From the NCBI GenBank assembly GCA_003565135.1, contig PXDC01000250.1:1-46051 (forward strand): 46,051 nucleotides of DNA, in the 5' to 3' direction. The number at the start of each line of letters is the position of its first letter. Positions within the stretch are counted from its first letter, which is position 1. The position numbers and the translations under genes were made by a program. Of the stretch, positions 19,528 to 28,903 are shown piece after piece. The DNA comes from Verrucomicrobiota bacterium (GTDB lineage Bacteria; Verrucomicrobiota; Verrucomicrobiia; Opitutales; T3Sed10-336). Below the pieces are notes generated by a model. It was not told where the DNA came from. It saw only the letters and a program-made list of their open reading frames with translations, and searched no databases.

Positions 19528-21126
19528 TCAGGTTTTCCCGCAGAAGAAAACCTCCAACCCGAGCTCCTTCATGGCGGCGGCCTTGGCGTAGAGGCCGTTG
19601 CGGGCGCGGGTTTCGTCCGGCGCGTAAACGACCTGGATGTGATTCGACTTGTGGCGGTCCATCATCTGATCGCGGGTGATGCCTTTGAGCACGGCGTGCA
19701 TAATGGGCCATTGTGGGGTGGTGAGGCGCCATCGTTCCTCGGTTTCCCGGGCGGGGAGCGCGACGACCTCGCCCAGGCCGGTGTCATACTTGAGACGGTC
19801 GCTCTGGATGTAGACGCGGCTCCAGACGATGGGGCCCGGTTTGCTCACCCCCTTGAGGGTTCCGCCCCCCCGGGGAAAGTACATGGGGGGCTGCCGTTCA
19901 CTGACCGCGCCGCGGTAACCGTCGATAAAGTGGGCCGGAGGCGCGGCCCCGGAAATGAGAAACACCCAGACAAAGTCGTCGATGCCGTCGCCGTGAAAAT
20001 GCCGTCCCCAGCGGAGGTCGTGAAGGGTGGTTTCCGGGGGATAGCCGAGCCGGCGCCAGAGGCGATAGGTCACCAGGGCATCGAGCCCGGCGCATTCATC
20101 GACTTCGTTGAAATGGGGGAGCGCCTCCCCGGGAAAAAGCTCCCCGTCGCTGTCCTCGCGACAGACCGGGGGTCGTTGCCGGTTGTTGAGCAGGCCCTCC
20201 GCCAGGTCGGAGGCCGGGGCGAGATCCTTGAGGCCCTGCTGGTACTGGATGCCGATGGTATCGCAGCCGAATTCGTCGGCCAGCCTCAGGGCGGCGACGT
20301 ACATGCGGCACTGGTCAAGCACCTGGTTTTCGGTGAGCTCGGTCTCTTCGTCCCGCCCGAGTTCGAACCGCATGCCCTGTTCCCGCAGCCATTCGTAAAC
20401 CCAGCGCGCCTCGGCGTCGGTCACGTCCTGCATGCGCGCGTACAGGGTCGACTGACTGAGCCGTTCCTTGAAAACCCCGAGCGGGTGAAGGAGCTCGTCG
20501 GGGATAATGGCATTGTACATCCCCATGCACCCCTCGTCGAAGATGCCCATGATCGCCTTGCGTTCGCGCAGTTCCCGGGCGAACGCGATGCCGGTGGCTT
20601 CCGCGCCACGGGGTACCCCGCCGTAAGTCCTCACATGGGAGCGGTCGTGGGCGATCCGACCGGCCTGCAGCCAGCCTCGGAGGCCCTCCCGGAAAAACCG
20701 GTCGGTGAAGTCCTCACTCCAAAGGGTGCTGTACTCGATCCCCGCCTTGGTGAGGGAGGCATTGAGATTGAGGAGCCCCACCAGGCCCGGCCAGGTGCCG
20801 CTCCAGTTGGCGACGGTCAGAATGGGGCCGCGGTGCCGGTAGAGTCCGTGCAGGATGTGATGGCTGTACTGCCACACGGCCTCGGCCACCACCAGGGGGG
20901 CGTCGCCGGGGATGGAACGAAAGACGTCCATCCCGTGTTTCTGGCTGTCGATAAACCCGTGTTCCCGCACCGGGTCGTAGGGATGTCCCCGTTTGACCGT
21001 TACCCCCTCCCGGGCGAAGGCCGCGACGAGCGCCTTCTCCATTGCCGCCTGCGCCTCCTGGCCGTTGCGGTTGGCGGAAAGGCGAAGGTCGCCGTTGGCG
21101 ATGAGGATGACTTCCTGGTCGATCAT
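19528..21126 (-). CDS. L-fucose/arabinose isomerase superfamily protein (FucI-like)
   Basis: 532-aa ORF. Layout and blocks resemble FucI-type isomerases (ILIANGDLRLSANR..., GIFDEGCMGMYNAII, TIGIQYQQGLKD). Substrate unknown. Confidence 0.55.
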   Translation of the reverse strand: MIDQEVILIANGDLRLSANRNGQEAQAAMEKALVAAFAREGVTVKRGHPYDPVREHGFIDSQKHGMDVFRSIPGDAPLVVAEAVWQYSHHILHGLYRHRGPILTVANWSGTWPGLVGLLNLNASLTKAGIEYSTLWSEDFTDRFFREGLRGWLQAGRIAHDRSHVRTYGGVPRGAEATGIAFARELRERKAIMGIFDEGCMGMYNAIIPDELLHPLGVFKERLSQSTLYARMQDVTDAEARWVYEWLREQGMRFELGRDEETELTENQVLDQCRMYVAALRLADEFGCDTIGIQYQQGLKDLAPASDLAEGLLNNRQRPPVCREDSDGELFPGEALPHFNEVDECAGLDALVTYRLWRRLGYPPETTLHDLRWGRHFHGDGIDDFVWVFLISGAAPPAHFIDGYRGAVSERQPPMYFPRGGGTLKGVSKPGPIVWSRVYIQSDRLKYDTGLGEVVALPARETEERWRLTTPQWPIMHAVLKGITRDQMMDRHKSNHIQVVYAPDETRARNGLYAKAAAMKELGLEVFFCGKT

Positions 21127-21195
21127 GGGCAGGATACTTTCTGGTTTTTTTTGGGGGGTGGGTATTACAAGCGGATGGTGCTATGATAGCACCGG

Positions 21196-21217
21196 AAAAA
21201 CGGCCGCAGGCGGCCGT
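21196..21217 (-). terminator. Rho-independent terminator after the MBL hydrolase gene
   Basis: The minus strand reads TAAACGGCCG-CCTG-CGGCCGTTTTT. A 6-9 bp GC stem and 4-nt loop are followed by T5, starting at the TAA stop. Confidence 0.6.
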
Positions 21218-22222
21218 TTAAATAATCATGGTTTCGCCGAAACGGAGGGAGACGAATTCATTCTGGGAAATGCCCTCTTCATAGAGGACTTTTTTGAGGT
21301 AGATGGGGGGTTCGGCGAGGGGTTCGTCGGTCAGGCGGAAGGTGCCCCAGTGGGAGGCGATCGACTGGCGTGCGCGGACATCGCGATGAATCCTGACCGC
21401 CTCGCGGGGGTCGACGTGCACCGGGTGCATAAACCACCTGGGACTGTAGGCGCCGATGGGGATCAGGGCACAGTCGATCGGGCCGTAGTCCCGCCCGATA
21501 TCAACGAACAGCGGTGAGTAGCCGGAATCGCCCGCGAAGTAGAGTTTGCGACCGGCGTACTCGATGACCCACCCGCACCACAACGTCCGGTTGCGGTCGA
21601 AAACCCCGCGGCCGGAAAAATGCTGGGCGGGGACACAATGGATTTTCAGGTCGTCGAACGGCAAAGTCTGTCCCCAGTCGGCTTCGTGACAGTTGCGATA
21701 CCCCATGCGTTCGAACCAGTTGGTGATGCCGAGGGGGAAAAAATAATGGGGCTCGTCCCCGAGCCGGCGAATGGTGCGCCGGTCCAGGTGGTCGTAGTGG
21801 TCGTGGCTGATCAGCACCCCGTCGATGGCCGGCAAGGCTTCGAACGGCACCCCGGGCGGCGCCACCCGTTTCAGGTTCGGCAGGTAGACCGGCGAACAGC
21901 ACTCGCTGTAGATGGGGTCGGTCAGGAGGTTTTTGCCTCCGACTTGAACCAGGAACGTGGCGTGGCCGATCCAGGTAATCTGAAAGCGCTTCCGATCGGG
22001 CGGGTTTCGCAGGCGTTCCACATCGGGCGGAACGGTAGCGGCCTCGTAATCGGGCACCTCCGAGGGCGGCACGGCGGGCTCCTCTTTACGGCGCCGGAGA
22101 GCGAAGCGCCAGCGAATATCCTCCGGCCCAGGAGGGAGGGTTGGACGGCAGAGCCGGCGAACGCCACGGCGGTGATTCCCGGCCAGGGAAAAGTGGGCAT
22201 TCATGGCATCGTCCGCGGTCAT
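21218..22222 (-). CDS. MBL-fold metallo-hydrolase (NAPE-PLD-like)
   Basis: ITWIGHATFLV and the metal motif LISHDHYDHLD, with downstream His/Asp ligand blocks. Confidence 0.8.
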   Translation of the reverse strand: MTADDAMNAHFSLAGNHRRGVRRLCRPTLPPGPEDIRWRFALRRRKEEPAVPPSEVPDYEAATVPPDVERLRNPPDRKRFQITWIGHATFLVQVGGKNLLTDPIYSECCSPVYLPNLKRVAPPGVPFEALPAIDGVLISHDHYDHLDRRTIRRLGDEPHYFFPLGITNWFERMGYRNCHEADWGQTLPFDDLKIHCVPAQHFSGRGVFDRNRTLWCGWVIEYAGRKLYFAGDSGYSPLFVDIGRDYGPIDCALIPIGAYSPRWFMHPVHVDPREAVRIHRDVRARQSIASHWGTFRLTDEPLAEPPIYLKKVLYEEGISQNEFVSLRFGETMII

Positions 22223-22395
22223 AACGTCTTCACCTTATTCCAAACCCTTCGGACCGCAAACTCAACGTTATTCCGAAGGTGGTGCCGGTGCCGGCCGGCT
22301 GAGGGACGGGGCGCCACCCGACATGAGGGACGGCTTTTTGATTTGAAAACGCCGACATCCGGAACCAAAACGGAATCTGGATAATCCAAAACCTT

Positions 22396-23253
22396 ATGCG
22401 AACGATTCCGGGAACCTGCATGCTCGTCGCGCTCCTTTTGCTGGCACCTACGGCGGCGCCGGCGGCGGCCGCATCCGACGACGACCCGACCCGGACGCTG
22501 GCCTTCCGCAACCTGCAGCAACTCGTGCGCCAGGAAGAGCGTGTCCTGGAGCACGCACGCCAATCGGACGGCAGGTACAACGTCGAGCAGGTACAGCAGG
22601 GATTCCAGGACCTGGTACGCGAGTACGAGGTGTTCCTGGCCGACAATCCCGACTACGCCCCCGGCTACGTCGCCTACGGGCTGATGCTGGACCGCGCGGG
22701 GGAAACGCGAATCGCCAGCCGCATGTTCATGCGGGCGGACGAACTCGACCCGGAGATTCCGGTGGTGCAGAATCAGCTCGGCAACTATATGGTGGAAAAC
22801 GAACGTCCGGTCAACGCCCTCCCCTATTTCCTGAAAGCCATCGAGCTTGAGCCGGAGGAACCGCTCTACTACTACCAGCTCGGGAATCTCCTGGCCGAAT
22901 ACCGGCACGCGTTCCTCGAACGGGAGATGTACGAACCGGAGGTGCTGGACGAACAAATGCAGGAGGCCTTCCGCAAAGCGGTCCGGCACGGATCCGGAGA
23001 AGTCGCCTATGCCTACCGTTACGCCGAGTCCTACTACGATCTGGGCGAACCGGACTGGGAGGGGGCGCTGGAAGCCTGGCGGACCCTGGAATCGGAGTTG
23101 CGTCCGGGAATCGAGCGTCAGACCGTCCAGCTCCAACGGGCCAATATTCACCTGTTGCGGGGCGAACCGAAGGCCGCCGCCGCCCTGCTGGAAGGCATAA
23201 CCGCGCCGGCCCTGCAATCGAACAAAGCGAGTTTGCTGGAACGGATACCGTAA
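22396..23253 (+). CDS. secreted tetratricopeptide-repeat protein
   Basis: Signal peptide (MLVALLLLAPTAAPAAAA). Repeated 34-aa-type helical units (GYVAYGLMLDRAGE..., ALPYFLKAIELEPEEPLYYYQLGNLLA...). Confidence 0.7.
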   Translation: MRTIPGTCMLVALLLLAPTAAPAAAASDDDPTRTLAFRNLQQLVRQEERVLEHARQSDGRYNVEQVQQGFQDLVREYEVFLADNPDYAPGYVAYGLMLDRAGETRIASRMFMRADELDPEIPVVQNQLGNYMVENERPVNALPYFLKAIELEPEEPLYYYQLGNLLAEYRHAFLEREMYEPEVLDEQMQEAFRKAVRHGSGEVAYAYRYAESYYDLGEPDWEGALEAWRTLESELRPGIERQTVQLQRANIHLLRGEPKAAAALLEGITAPALQSNKASLLERIP

Positions 23254-23303
23254 AGCGGGCATCGCGGCCGCGCCACACGGTCACCCGGAAATACCCCACC
23301 CGA

Positions 23304-24170
23304 TCAACCGGCGGCGAAGAAAAAGTACGACCACGACCGGAGAAACGCGACCACCACCAACGCGAGAAGGGCCCAGCCGAGAATGGGTGAAACCGTGTCC
23401 CGGAAGGTGGGGTTGTTCTTCACCTGGGTCCAGACGAAGATAAGAACCCCGCCGGTGACAAAGCCCCCGAAATGCCCCCAGTTGTCGATACGAATCCCCG
23501 CGCCCATGAGGTTGACCGCAAACCCGAAAACAAAGATCAGGATCGCCCAGCGCAAAAGCGTCTGCATGACCTGGTCGTTCCAGTCCCGTCCCGACAGGTA
23601 ACCGAGCGCGAGGGACGCCCCGAGAACACCCATGATGGCCCCGGAGGCGCCGGCGGCGAGGTTGCCCATCATGGCGGTTAGCGTCGCCCCGCCGGCCCCG
23701 GACAGGACAAAAATCGACCAGAAAGTGGAACGGCTGACCGAACGCTCGAGCAGCGGACCCAGGATATAAAGGACGTAAAGGTTGAACCCGAGGTGAATGA
23801 TGCCGAGATGGGAAAAAATCGAGGTGAACACCGCCCACCAAATGCCGTGGGTGAAGACGAAGGACCCCGTGAGGCCCATGGGAAGAATCACCCGGTCGAG
23901 GAGTTCCGGACGGTGGGGGCGGAGCAATGCCTCCAGCGCCCCCTCCGGCCCGAAAAACGCACCGGCCAGCACCACCGTCAGCGCGAACATCACCCCGATA
24001 GCGATCATGATGACGTAACTCAGCGGCCGGTTGGGGTCGGACAGCGTTCGCCACCACGAGCGGGCGTAGCCGGCGGGGGACCCCCGGCGTGCGCCGCAGT
24101 AGGGACATTCGTCCGCGGTACCCATGAGTTTTCCGCAGTTTCGGCAAAGGCTGGGTCGATTTTGAGCCAT
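23304..24170 (-). CDS. rhomboid-family intramembrane serine protease with N-terminal zinc ribbon
   Basis: CRNCG...CPYCG at the N-terminus. Rhomboid blocks FSHLGIIHLGFN and the catalytic GASGAIMG. About six hydrophobic helices. Confidence 0.85.
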   Translation of the reverse strand: MAQNRPSLCRNCGKLMGTADECPYCGARRGSPAGYARSWWRTLSDPNRPLSYVIMIAIGVMFALTVVLAGAFFGPEGALEALLRPHRPELLDRVILPMGLTGSFVFTHGIWWAVFTSIFSHLGIIHLGFNLYVLYILGPLLERSVSRSTFWSIFVLSGAGGATLTAMMGNLAAGASGAIMGVLGASLALGYLSGRDWNDQVMQTLLRWAILIFVFGFAVNLMGAGIRIDNWGHFGGFVTGGVLIFVWTQVKNNPTFRDTVSPILGWALLALVVVAFLRSWSYFFFAAG

Positions 24171-24438
24171 TGATCAATTTTTCCTGGAGCCGGCCGCCAG
24201 GTACCGGGACCGCTTCATCTTCGTTAACTATCCGGAAAACGTCGCATCCGACGGTAGGAAAGACAAGCCTTGTCAACGCCGAATCCGGTCGATTCCCTGC
24301 GACATCCCCCAACCCGGCGGAACCGGTGCGCTACGTGGCGGACACCTCTCGGAATATTTTGGGTGTTTCGCGCAGGATTTCACGAATAAGGGACTAATCC
24401 GAATGCTACTCGGTTAAGGATCTTTCTATTCAATATCA

Positions 24439-24456
24439 AAATCGAAATCGAAATCG
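24439..24456. repeat. tandem hexamer (AAATCG)x3 followed by CGATCGC
   Basis: Read directly. It lies in an AT-rich intergenic island. Confidence 0.8.
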
Positions 24457-24500
24457 CGATCGCTATTGAAATAATTGATAGAAACTGTGTTGGCTAATTT

Positions 24501-24524
24501 TCGATACCGATATCGATACCGATT
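24501..24524. repeat. tandem 12-mer TCGATACCGAT(A/T) x2
   Basis: Read directly. It is in the same AT-rich island, and each unit contains ATCGAT-like palindromes. Confidence 0.8.
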
Positions 24525-24587
24525 TGCTCCGCCATCTCCGCTTCGCTCTGTCGATCCCGATGGAGGGCTATATGAGTGCCATTCGGA

Positions 24588-25286
24588 CTAATCCGCCGGA
24601 CCGGGGGAGGCACGGGTCACCTTGCGCCGCAAAAGGTAGTCCCGCAGCATCTTCAGTCCGACTCCCAGCACCACGAGGATCCCGACCCCGAGAATGGCCT
24701 GGCCGGTATTGCCCTCGAGGAGGGAATCCCCCACCACGATGATCCCGATGCCGTAGCCGACGGAAGTCGGCAGGGAGATGAGAAAAAAAATACCGAATGG
24801 AATCCCGGCCAGGCCGAGGATGTAGGTCTTGAGAAAATTGGGCGGGCCCGGGGTGATTTTGATCAGCAGGGTGACTTTGACAAAATGCTCCTTTTTGACC
24901 TGGGGAATGCGATAGCGGGTCCGGGAAATCAGGCGTTCGAGGAAACCGCGCAGGTAGCGGGTGGCGAGCCAGTAGCAGAGAATGAGATTGAGTCCCTGGG
25001 CGAGGATAGACCCGACCACGCTGATCCAGACACCGAAGGCCGCCCCGGCGAGCAGGAAAAACGGCGTGGTGGGAAAACCGATCGCGGGCAAAAGTGTAAG
25101 GGCGAGAAAAAACGGGACCGGCCCGAGATCCCGGACCCGAAAAAGGAAATCCTCAAAATCCCAGTCGATACCGACAAAATAAACCACCAGACCCGCGAGC
25201 ACGACCAGGCAGAGAACCACGTACCGCATGGGCACGACGGTCCGCGTGAAGAAAGGTCTCTTAAAACGGGGCTTGGAGGGTTCCAT
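24588..25286 (-). CDS. TVP38/TMEM64 (DedA-related) family membrane protein
   Basis: Multi-pass hydrophobic protein with the block VTLLIKITPGPPNFLKTYILGLAGIPFGIFF, typical of SNARE-associated/TVP38 proteins. ATG at 25286; the track start at 25289 is a GTG. Confidence 0.8.
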   Translation of the reverse strand: MEPSKPRFKRPFFTRTVVPMRYVVLCLVVLAGLVVYFVGIDWDFEDFLFRVRDLGPVPFFLALTLLPAIGFPTTPFFLLAGAAFGVWISVVGSILAQGLNLILCYWLATRYLRGFLERLISRTRYRIPQVKKEHFVKVTLLIKITPGPPNFLKTYILGLAGIPFGIFFLISLPTSVGYGIGIIVVGDSLLEGNTGQAILGVGILVVLGVGLKMLRDYLLRRKVTRASPGPAD

Positions 25287-25298
25287 CACACACGTGAT

Positions 25299-26510
25299 TT
25301 ACCCGGTCTCGGCCAGAGCGCTCCGGACGATCTCCACCGCACGGGAGAGATCGTCCTTCCGGGCGATCAATGGAGGGAGAAGCCGGATTACATTACCGGA
25401 AGCCGGTACCGTCAGCATTCCGTGGCGCCGCATTGCCGCGGCCACCGGGAGGGGGTCGGAGGCCAGTTGCAGCCCGACCATGTAACCTTCGCCGCGCACC
25501 GAAAGCAGTTTCGCCGGACACGCCGCCCGGACCGCTTCGAGTTCCTCCATCCAGCCGGGGGCGTTTTCCCGCACGTTCCCCATGAGGTCGTCGCGCTCGA
25601 TGACATACAGCGTGGCCAGCCCGGCCGCGCAGGCCAGCGGCGTGCCGCCGAAAGTGGTGCCGTGGGAACCGGGTGTAAAGAGTCCGGCATAACGCTCGTG
25701 CACCCACACCGCCCCGATGGGAAACCCGCTGCCCAAACCCTTGGCCATGCCAATGGCATCGGGCTGGATGCCGGCTTTCTCGTAGGCGAAAAAGCGCCCC
25801 GTCCGCCCGACGCCGCACTGCACCTCATCGAGGATCATGAGAACGCCCTTCCGGTCGCACAGGTCCCGGATGCCCCGGAGAAACCCGGCCGTGCAGGGAT
25901 GGATACCGCCTTCGCCCTGTATCGTCTCCAGGAATACGGCCGAAGTCTCGTCGTCGACCAGCCGCTCAAAACTCTCCAGGTCGTTGAGTTTCCCGAAAGC
26001 AAATCCCGGCACCAGCGGCGCGAACCCCTGGCGGATCTTTTCCTGAGCGGTGGCGCTCATGCCCCCGAAGGTGCGTCCGTGAAAACCGTTTTCCGCCGCC
26101 ACCACCTTGAAGCACGTACCCTCCCGGCCGGCCTTGCGATTGCCGTGCAAGCGGGAGAGTTTAATCAGGGCCTCGTTGGCTTCGGCGCCGCTGTTGCAAA
26201 AAAAGACCCGGCCCGGCCCGCACTTCGCGGCCAGGGTTTTGGCCAGCCGGCCCTGGTTGCGATTGCGGTACAGGTTGCTCGCGTGGGTCAGGCGGTGCAG
26301 TTGCTCGCGCACTGCCGCCACCCATGCCGGGTGGGCATGCCCGAGGGCGCTGACCGCGATCCCGGACCCGAAATCGAGATACCGGTTGCCCTCGTCATCC
26401 CAGACGTATACCCCGTCGCCCCGCACCAGGGTCAGTTGCGGTTTTCCGTAATTCCCGAGCACATACGAATCGTAGAGCTCCGCGGTATTCTCGTGATGGG
26501 TATCGTGCAT
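25299..26510 (-). CDS. argD: acetylornithine aminotransferase
   Basis: Class-III aminotransferase blocks (FCNSGAEANEALIKL, ILDEVQCGVGRTGRFFA, GTTFGGTPLACAA) in an arg operon context. ATG at 26510 is preferred over the TTG at 26531 in the track. Confidence 0.9.
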   Translation of the reverse strand: MHDTHHENTAELYDSYVLGNYGKPQLTLVRGDGVYVWDDEGNRYLDFGSGIAVSALGHAHPAWVAAVREQLHRLTHASNLYRNRNQGRLAKTLAAKCGPGRVFFCNSGAEANEALIKLSRLHGNRKAGREGTCFKVVAAENGFHGRTFGGMSATAQEKIRQGFAPLVPGFAFGKLNDLESFERLVDDETSAVFLETIQGEGGIHPCTAGFLRGIRDLCDRKGVLMILDEVQCGVGRTGRFFAYEKAGIQPDAIGMAKGLGSGFPIGAVWVHERYAGLFTPGSHGTTFGGTPLACAAGLATLYVIERDDLMGNVRENAPGWMEELEAVRAACPAKLLSVRGEGYMVGLQLASDPLPVAAAMRRHGMLTVPASGNVIRLLPPLIARKDDLSRAVEIVRSALAETG

Positions 26511-26520
26511 GGCTGGTTTA

Positions 26521-27417
26521 TTAATGGACAATCTCCGTGCCCACGCCCTTGTCGGTGAAAATTTCCAGCAGCAGGCTGTGGGGCATCCGGCCGTCGATAA
26601 AGTGAACCCGCTGGACCCCTTCTCCCAGGGCGCGGACCGCGGCGTTGACCTTCGGTCGCATGCCCCTGCCGATGGTCCCGCTGCGCTTCAATTCGTCCAC
26701 CTGGCCGACCTGGAGGGTGGAAATAAGCGATGACGAATCGTCCGGATCCGAGAGGAGTCCCGGCACATCGCTCATAAAAACGAGTCGCCGCGCCCTCAGC
26801 GCGCCGGCCACCCGGGCGGCGGCGAGGTCGGCATTCACGTTGTAAACCTGACCCCGCTCGTCCGTGGCCAGCGGGGAAATAACCGGAATCCGGCCTTCGG
26901 CCAGGGCCTTTTTGATCAGTTTGATCTTCACCTCGGTCACTTCACCGACGTACCCGAGGTCGACCGGACGACCCTCGTCGTCCTCGGTCAGCTTGCGGCA
27001 ATGCATGAGGGACTGACCCGGGATGCCCTGGGGTCCGCCCTTCCGCGCCCGGATCATTTCACAGATGTCGAAATTGACCACGTCATTGAGAGTTTTCCGA
27101 ACCACCCCGATCGTCTCGCGGTCGGTCACCCGCAGACCGTTGTTGAAAGCCGGCTCCAGGCCGGCCATTTCCATGGCCCGCGATATGGCTTTGCCCCCGC
27201 CATGAACCACCACCACGTTAATCCCGACGGAGGCGAGAAACACGATGTCCACCGCCAGCCTCGAACGCACTTCGGGATCGGGATCATCCATGAAACTCCC
27301 CCCGTACTTGACGACAAAGGTCGACCCCTTGAAACGCTGGATGTAGGGCAGGGCCTCGAGCAGAACCCGCGCTTTGGCAATGAGTTCGTCTACATTGATT
27401 TCCGGCTGCTTCGACAT
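26521..27417 (-). CDS. argB: acetylglutamate kinase
   Basis: [17 protein letters not shown] and NVNADLAA blocks of the amino-acid kinase family. Confidence 0.93.
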   Translation of the reverse strand: MSKQPEINVDELIAKARVLLEALPYIQRFKGSTFVVKYGGSFMDDPDPEVRSRLAVDIVFLASVGINVVVVHGGGKAISRAMEMAGLEPAFNNGLRVTDRETIGVVRKTLNDVVNFDICEMIRARKGGPQGIPGQSLMHCRKLTEDDEGRPVDLGYVGEVTEVKIKLIKKALAEGRIPVISPLATDERGQVYNVNADLAAARVAGALRARRLVFMSDVPGLLSDPDDSSSLISTLQVGQVDELKRSGTIGRGMRPKVNAAVRALGEGVQRVHFIDGRMPHSLLLEIFTDKGVGTEIVH

Positions 27418-27599
27418 GATTTAAAAGGCAGAACCTAGGGAAAGGGCTTACGGCCTGCGAGGAGAAAATCGCCCGGCCTCCGATTCGACCGCGGGCGTCG
27501 GGGCCGGATGGTGCGGGCCGTACCGGGTTACGTGGCCGCAGGAAGAGCCGAGCCCGGTTCCCGTTCAAACCGGCCGGCGATCGCGGTGGGGAAAAGGAT

Positions 27600-28826
27600 C
27601 TATTCCGTTTTGTTGAACGCGACGTAGCCCTCCGTCAAATCCGTTGCGAGCAGACGAAACCGGCCTTCGCCGGCGTTGAGGTCGAGGCGCACGGTAAACC
27701 GTTTCGCGCGGACGATGTCCCGCCAGCGGGCCTCGTTCTCCCGCCGGGGCGTGCCGGCGGCCAGGACGGGGACGTCGTTGTAATAAAGATCGAGGCGATC
27801 CGGATCAAAAACCGCGCCGGAGGCGCCGGCGGCGGACGCGAGGCGCCCCCAATTGGGATCTTCGCCGTACCACGAGCTCTTGACCAGAAGCGAGTTTCCG
27901 ATTGTGCGCGCCACCTTTTCCGCATCGGCGGCACCCGTCGCCCCGGTCACCAGGACCTCCACCACCTTGGTGATCTTCTCGCCGTCGGATACAATCTTTT
28001 CCGCCAGGACGTCGTTTACCTTCCGTAGGGCTTGGCGAAACTTGCCGGCTAGTTCCCCCTCTCCCTCGGCGAGGGCGACACCCGATTTCCCGTTGGCCAG
28101 AAGAATCACGGTGTCGTTGGTGCTCATGTCCCCGTCGACTGTGATCGCGTTGTAACTCTCCGCGACGCCGGCCGACAGCATTTCCTGGAGCACGGGAGCC
28201 GGGGCGGCCATATCGGTCCCGATGAAAGCCAGCATGGTCGCCATGTTCGGTTCGATCATTCCGGCACCCTTGGCCATGCCGGCGACCGTCACGGTTTTCC
28301 CGCCGTAGTCGAAGCGCACGGTAACCGTCTTGCGGCAGGTATCCGACGTCAGAATGGCGTCGGCCGCGCGCGCGCCCTGCTCCGGCGTGGCGGCCAGACT
28401 CCCGGCGGCTTCCCGGATTCCGGCCTCGACCCGGTCCATGGGAAGGGCCCGTCCGATACGCCCGGTCGAGCAAACGAAAACCGAGCCCGGCGGTGCGCCA
28501 ATCCCCTGTTCCGCGAGGCGGCCCATGGTCTTGGCATCCGTCATTCCCTGTCCACCGGTACAGGCGTTGGCGTTGCCGCTGTTGGCAACGATCCCGAAAA
28601 AAGCGTCACCGCGGCCCAAAAGTTCTCGAGACAGGTCCACGGGTGCGGCCCGGACGCGGTTGCGCGTGAACACCGCGGCGGCGGCGCACGGCTCGGTCGA
28701 GGCCACCAGCGCCAGGTCGAGGCGATCGTTTCCCAGTTCCCGGATATCACAGGCCACACCGGACACCCGGAAGCCCGGCACGTCGGTCAGCCCGGGGGAA
28801 TCCTCTTCGATCAGCAGTTCTTTCAT
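27600..28826 (-). CDS. argJ: bifunctional ornithine acetyltransferase / N-acetylglutamate synthase
   Basis: PGFRVSGVACDIR near the N-terminus. Autoprocessing block KGAGMIEPNMATMLAFIGTD. The ATG at 28826 gives the usual N-terminal length; the alternative is 28871. Confidence 0.9.
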   Translation of the reverse strand: MKELLIEEDSPGLTDVPGFRVSGVACDIRELGNDRLDLALVASTEPCAAAAVFTRNRVRAAPVDLSRELLGRGDAFFGIVANSGNANACTGGQGMTDAKTMGRLAEQGIGAPPGSVFVCSTGRIGRALPMDRVEAGIREAAGSLAATPEQGARAADAILTSDTCRKTVTVRFDYGGKTVTVAGMAKGAGMIEPNMATMLAFIGTDMAAPAPVLQEMLSAGVAESYNAITVDGDMSTNDTVILLANGKSGVALAEGEGELAGKFRQALRKVNDVLAEKIVSDGEKITKVVEVLVTGATGAADAEKVARTIGNSLLVKSSWYGEDPNWGRLASAAGASGAVFDPDRLDLYYNDVPVLAAGTPRRENEARWRDIVRAKRFTVRLDLNAGEGRFRLLATDLTEGYVAFNKTE

Positions 28827-28903
28827 GGTAAAATCCGTAGGCGGGAGAAAGCGCGATTCGCCGCCCATCACTTCGCGCCGCCGGTGTCAATTTCGCCCGC
28901 CCG

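Noticed and set aside
19639-21186. 515-aa plus-strand ORF opposite the FucI-like gene; likewise 7540-8595 (minus) opposite rnd and 22219-23262 (minus) opposite the TPR gene
   Set aside because: These are shadow ORFs. The opposite-strand products carry recognisable motifs and sensible composition.
24576-26558. 660-aa plus-strand ORF spanning the TVP38 and argD loci
   Set aside because: It is antisense to two genes with unambiguous family motifs. Its translation is Gly/Arg/Pro/His-rich with no recognisable domain.
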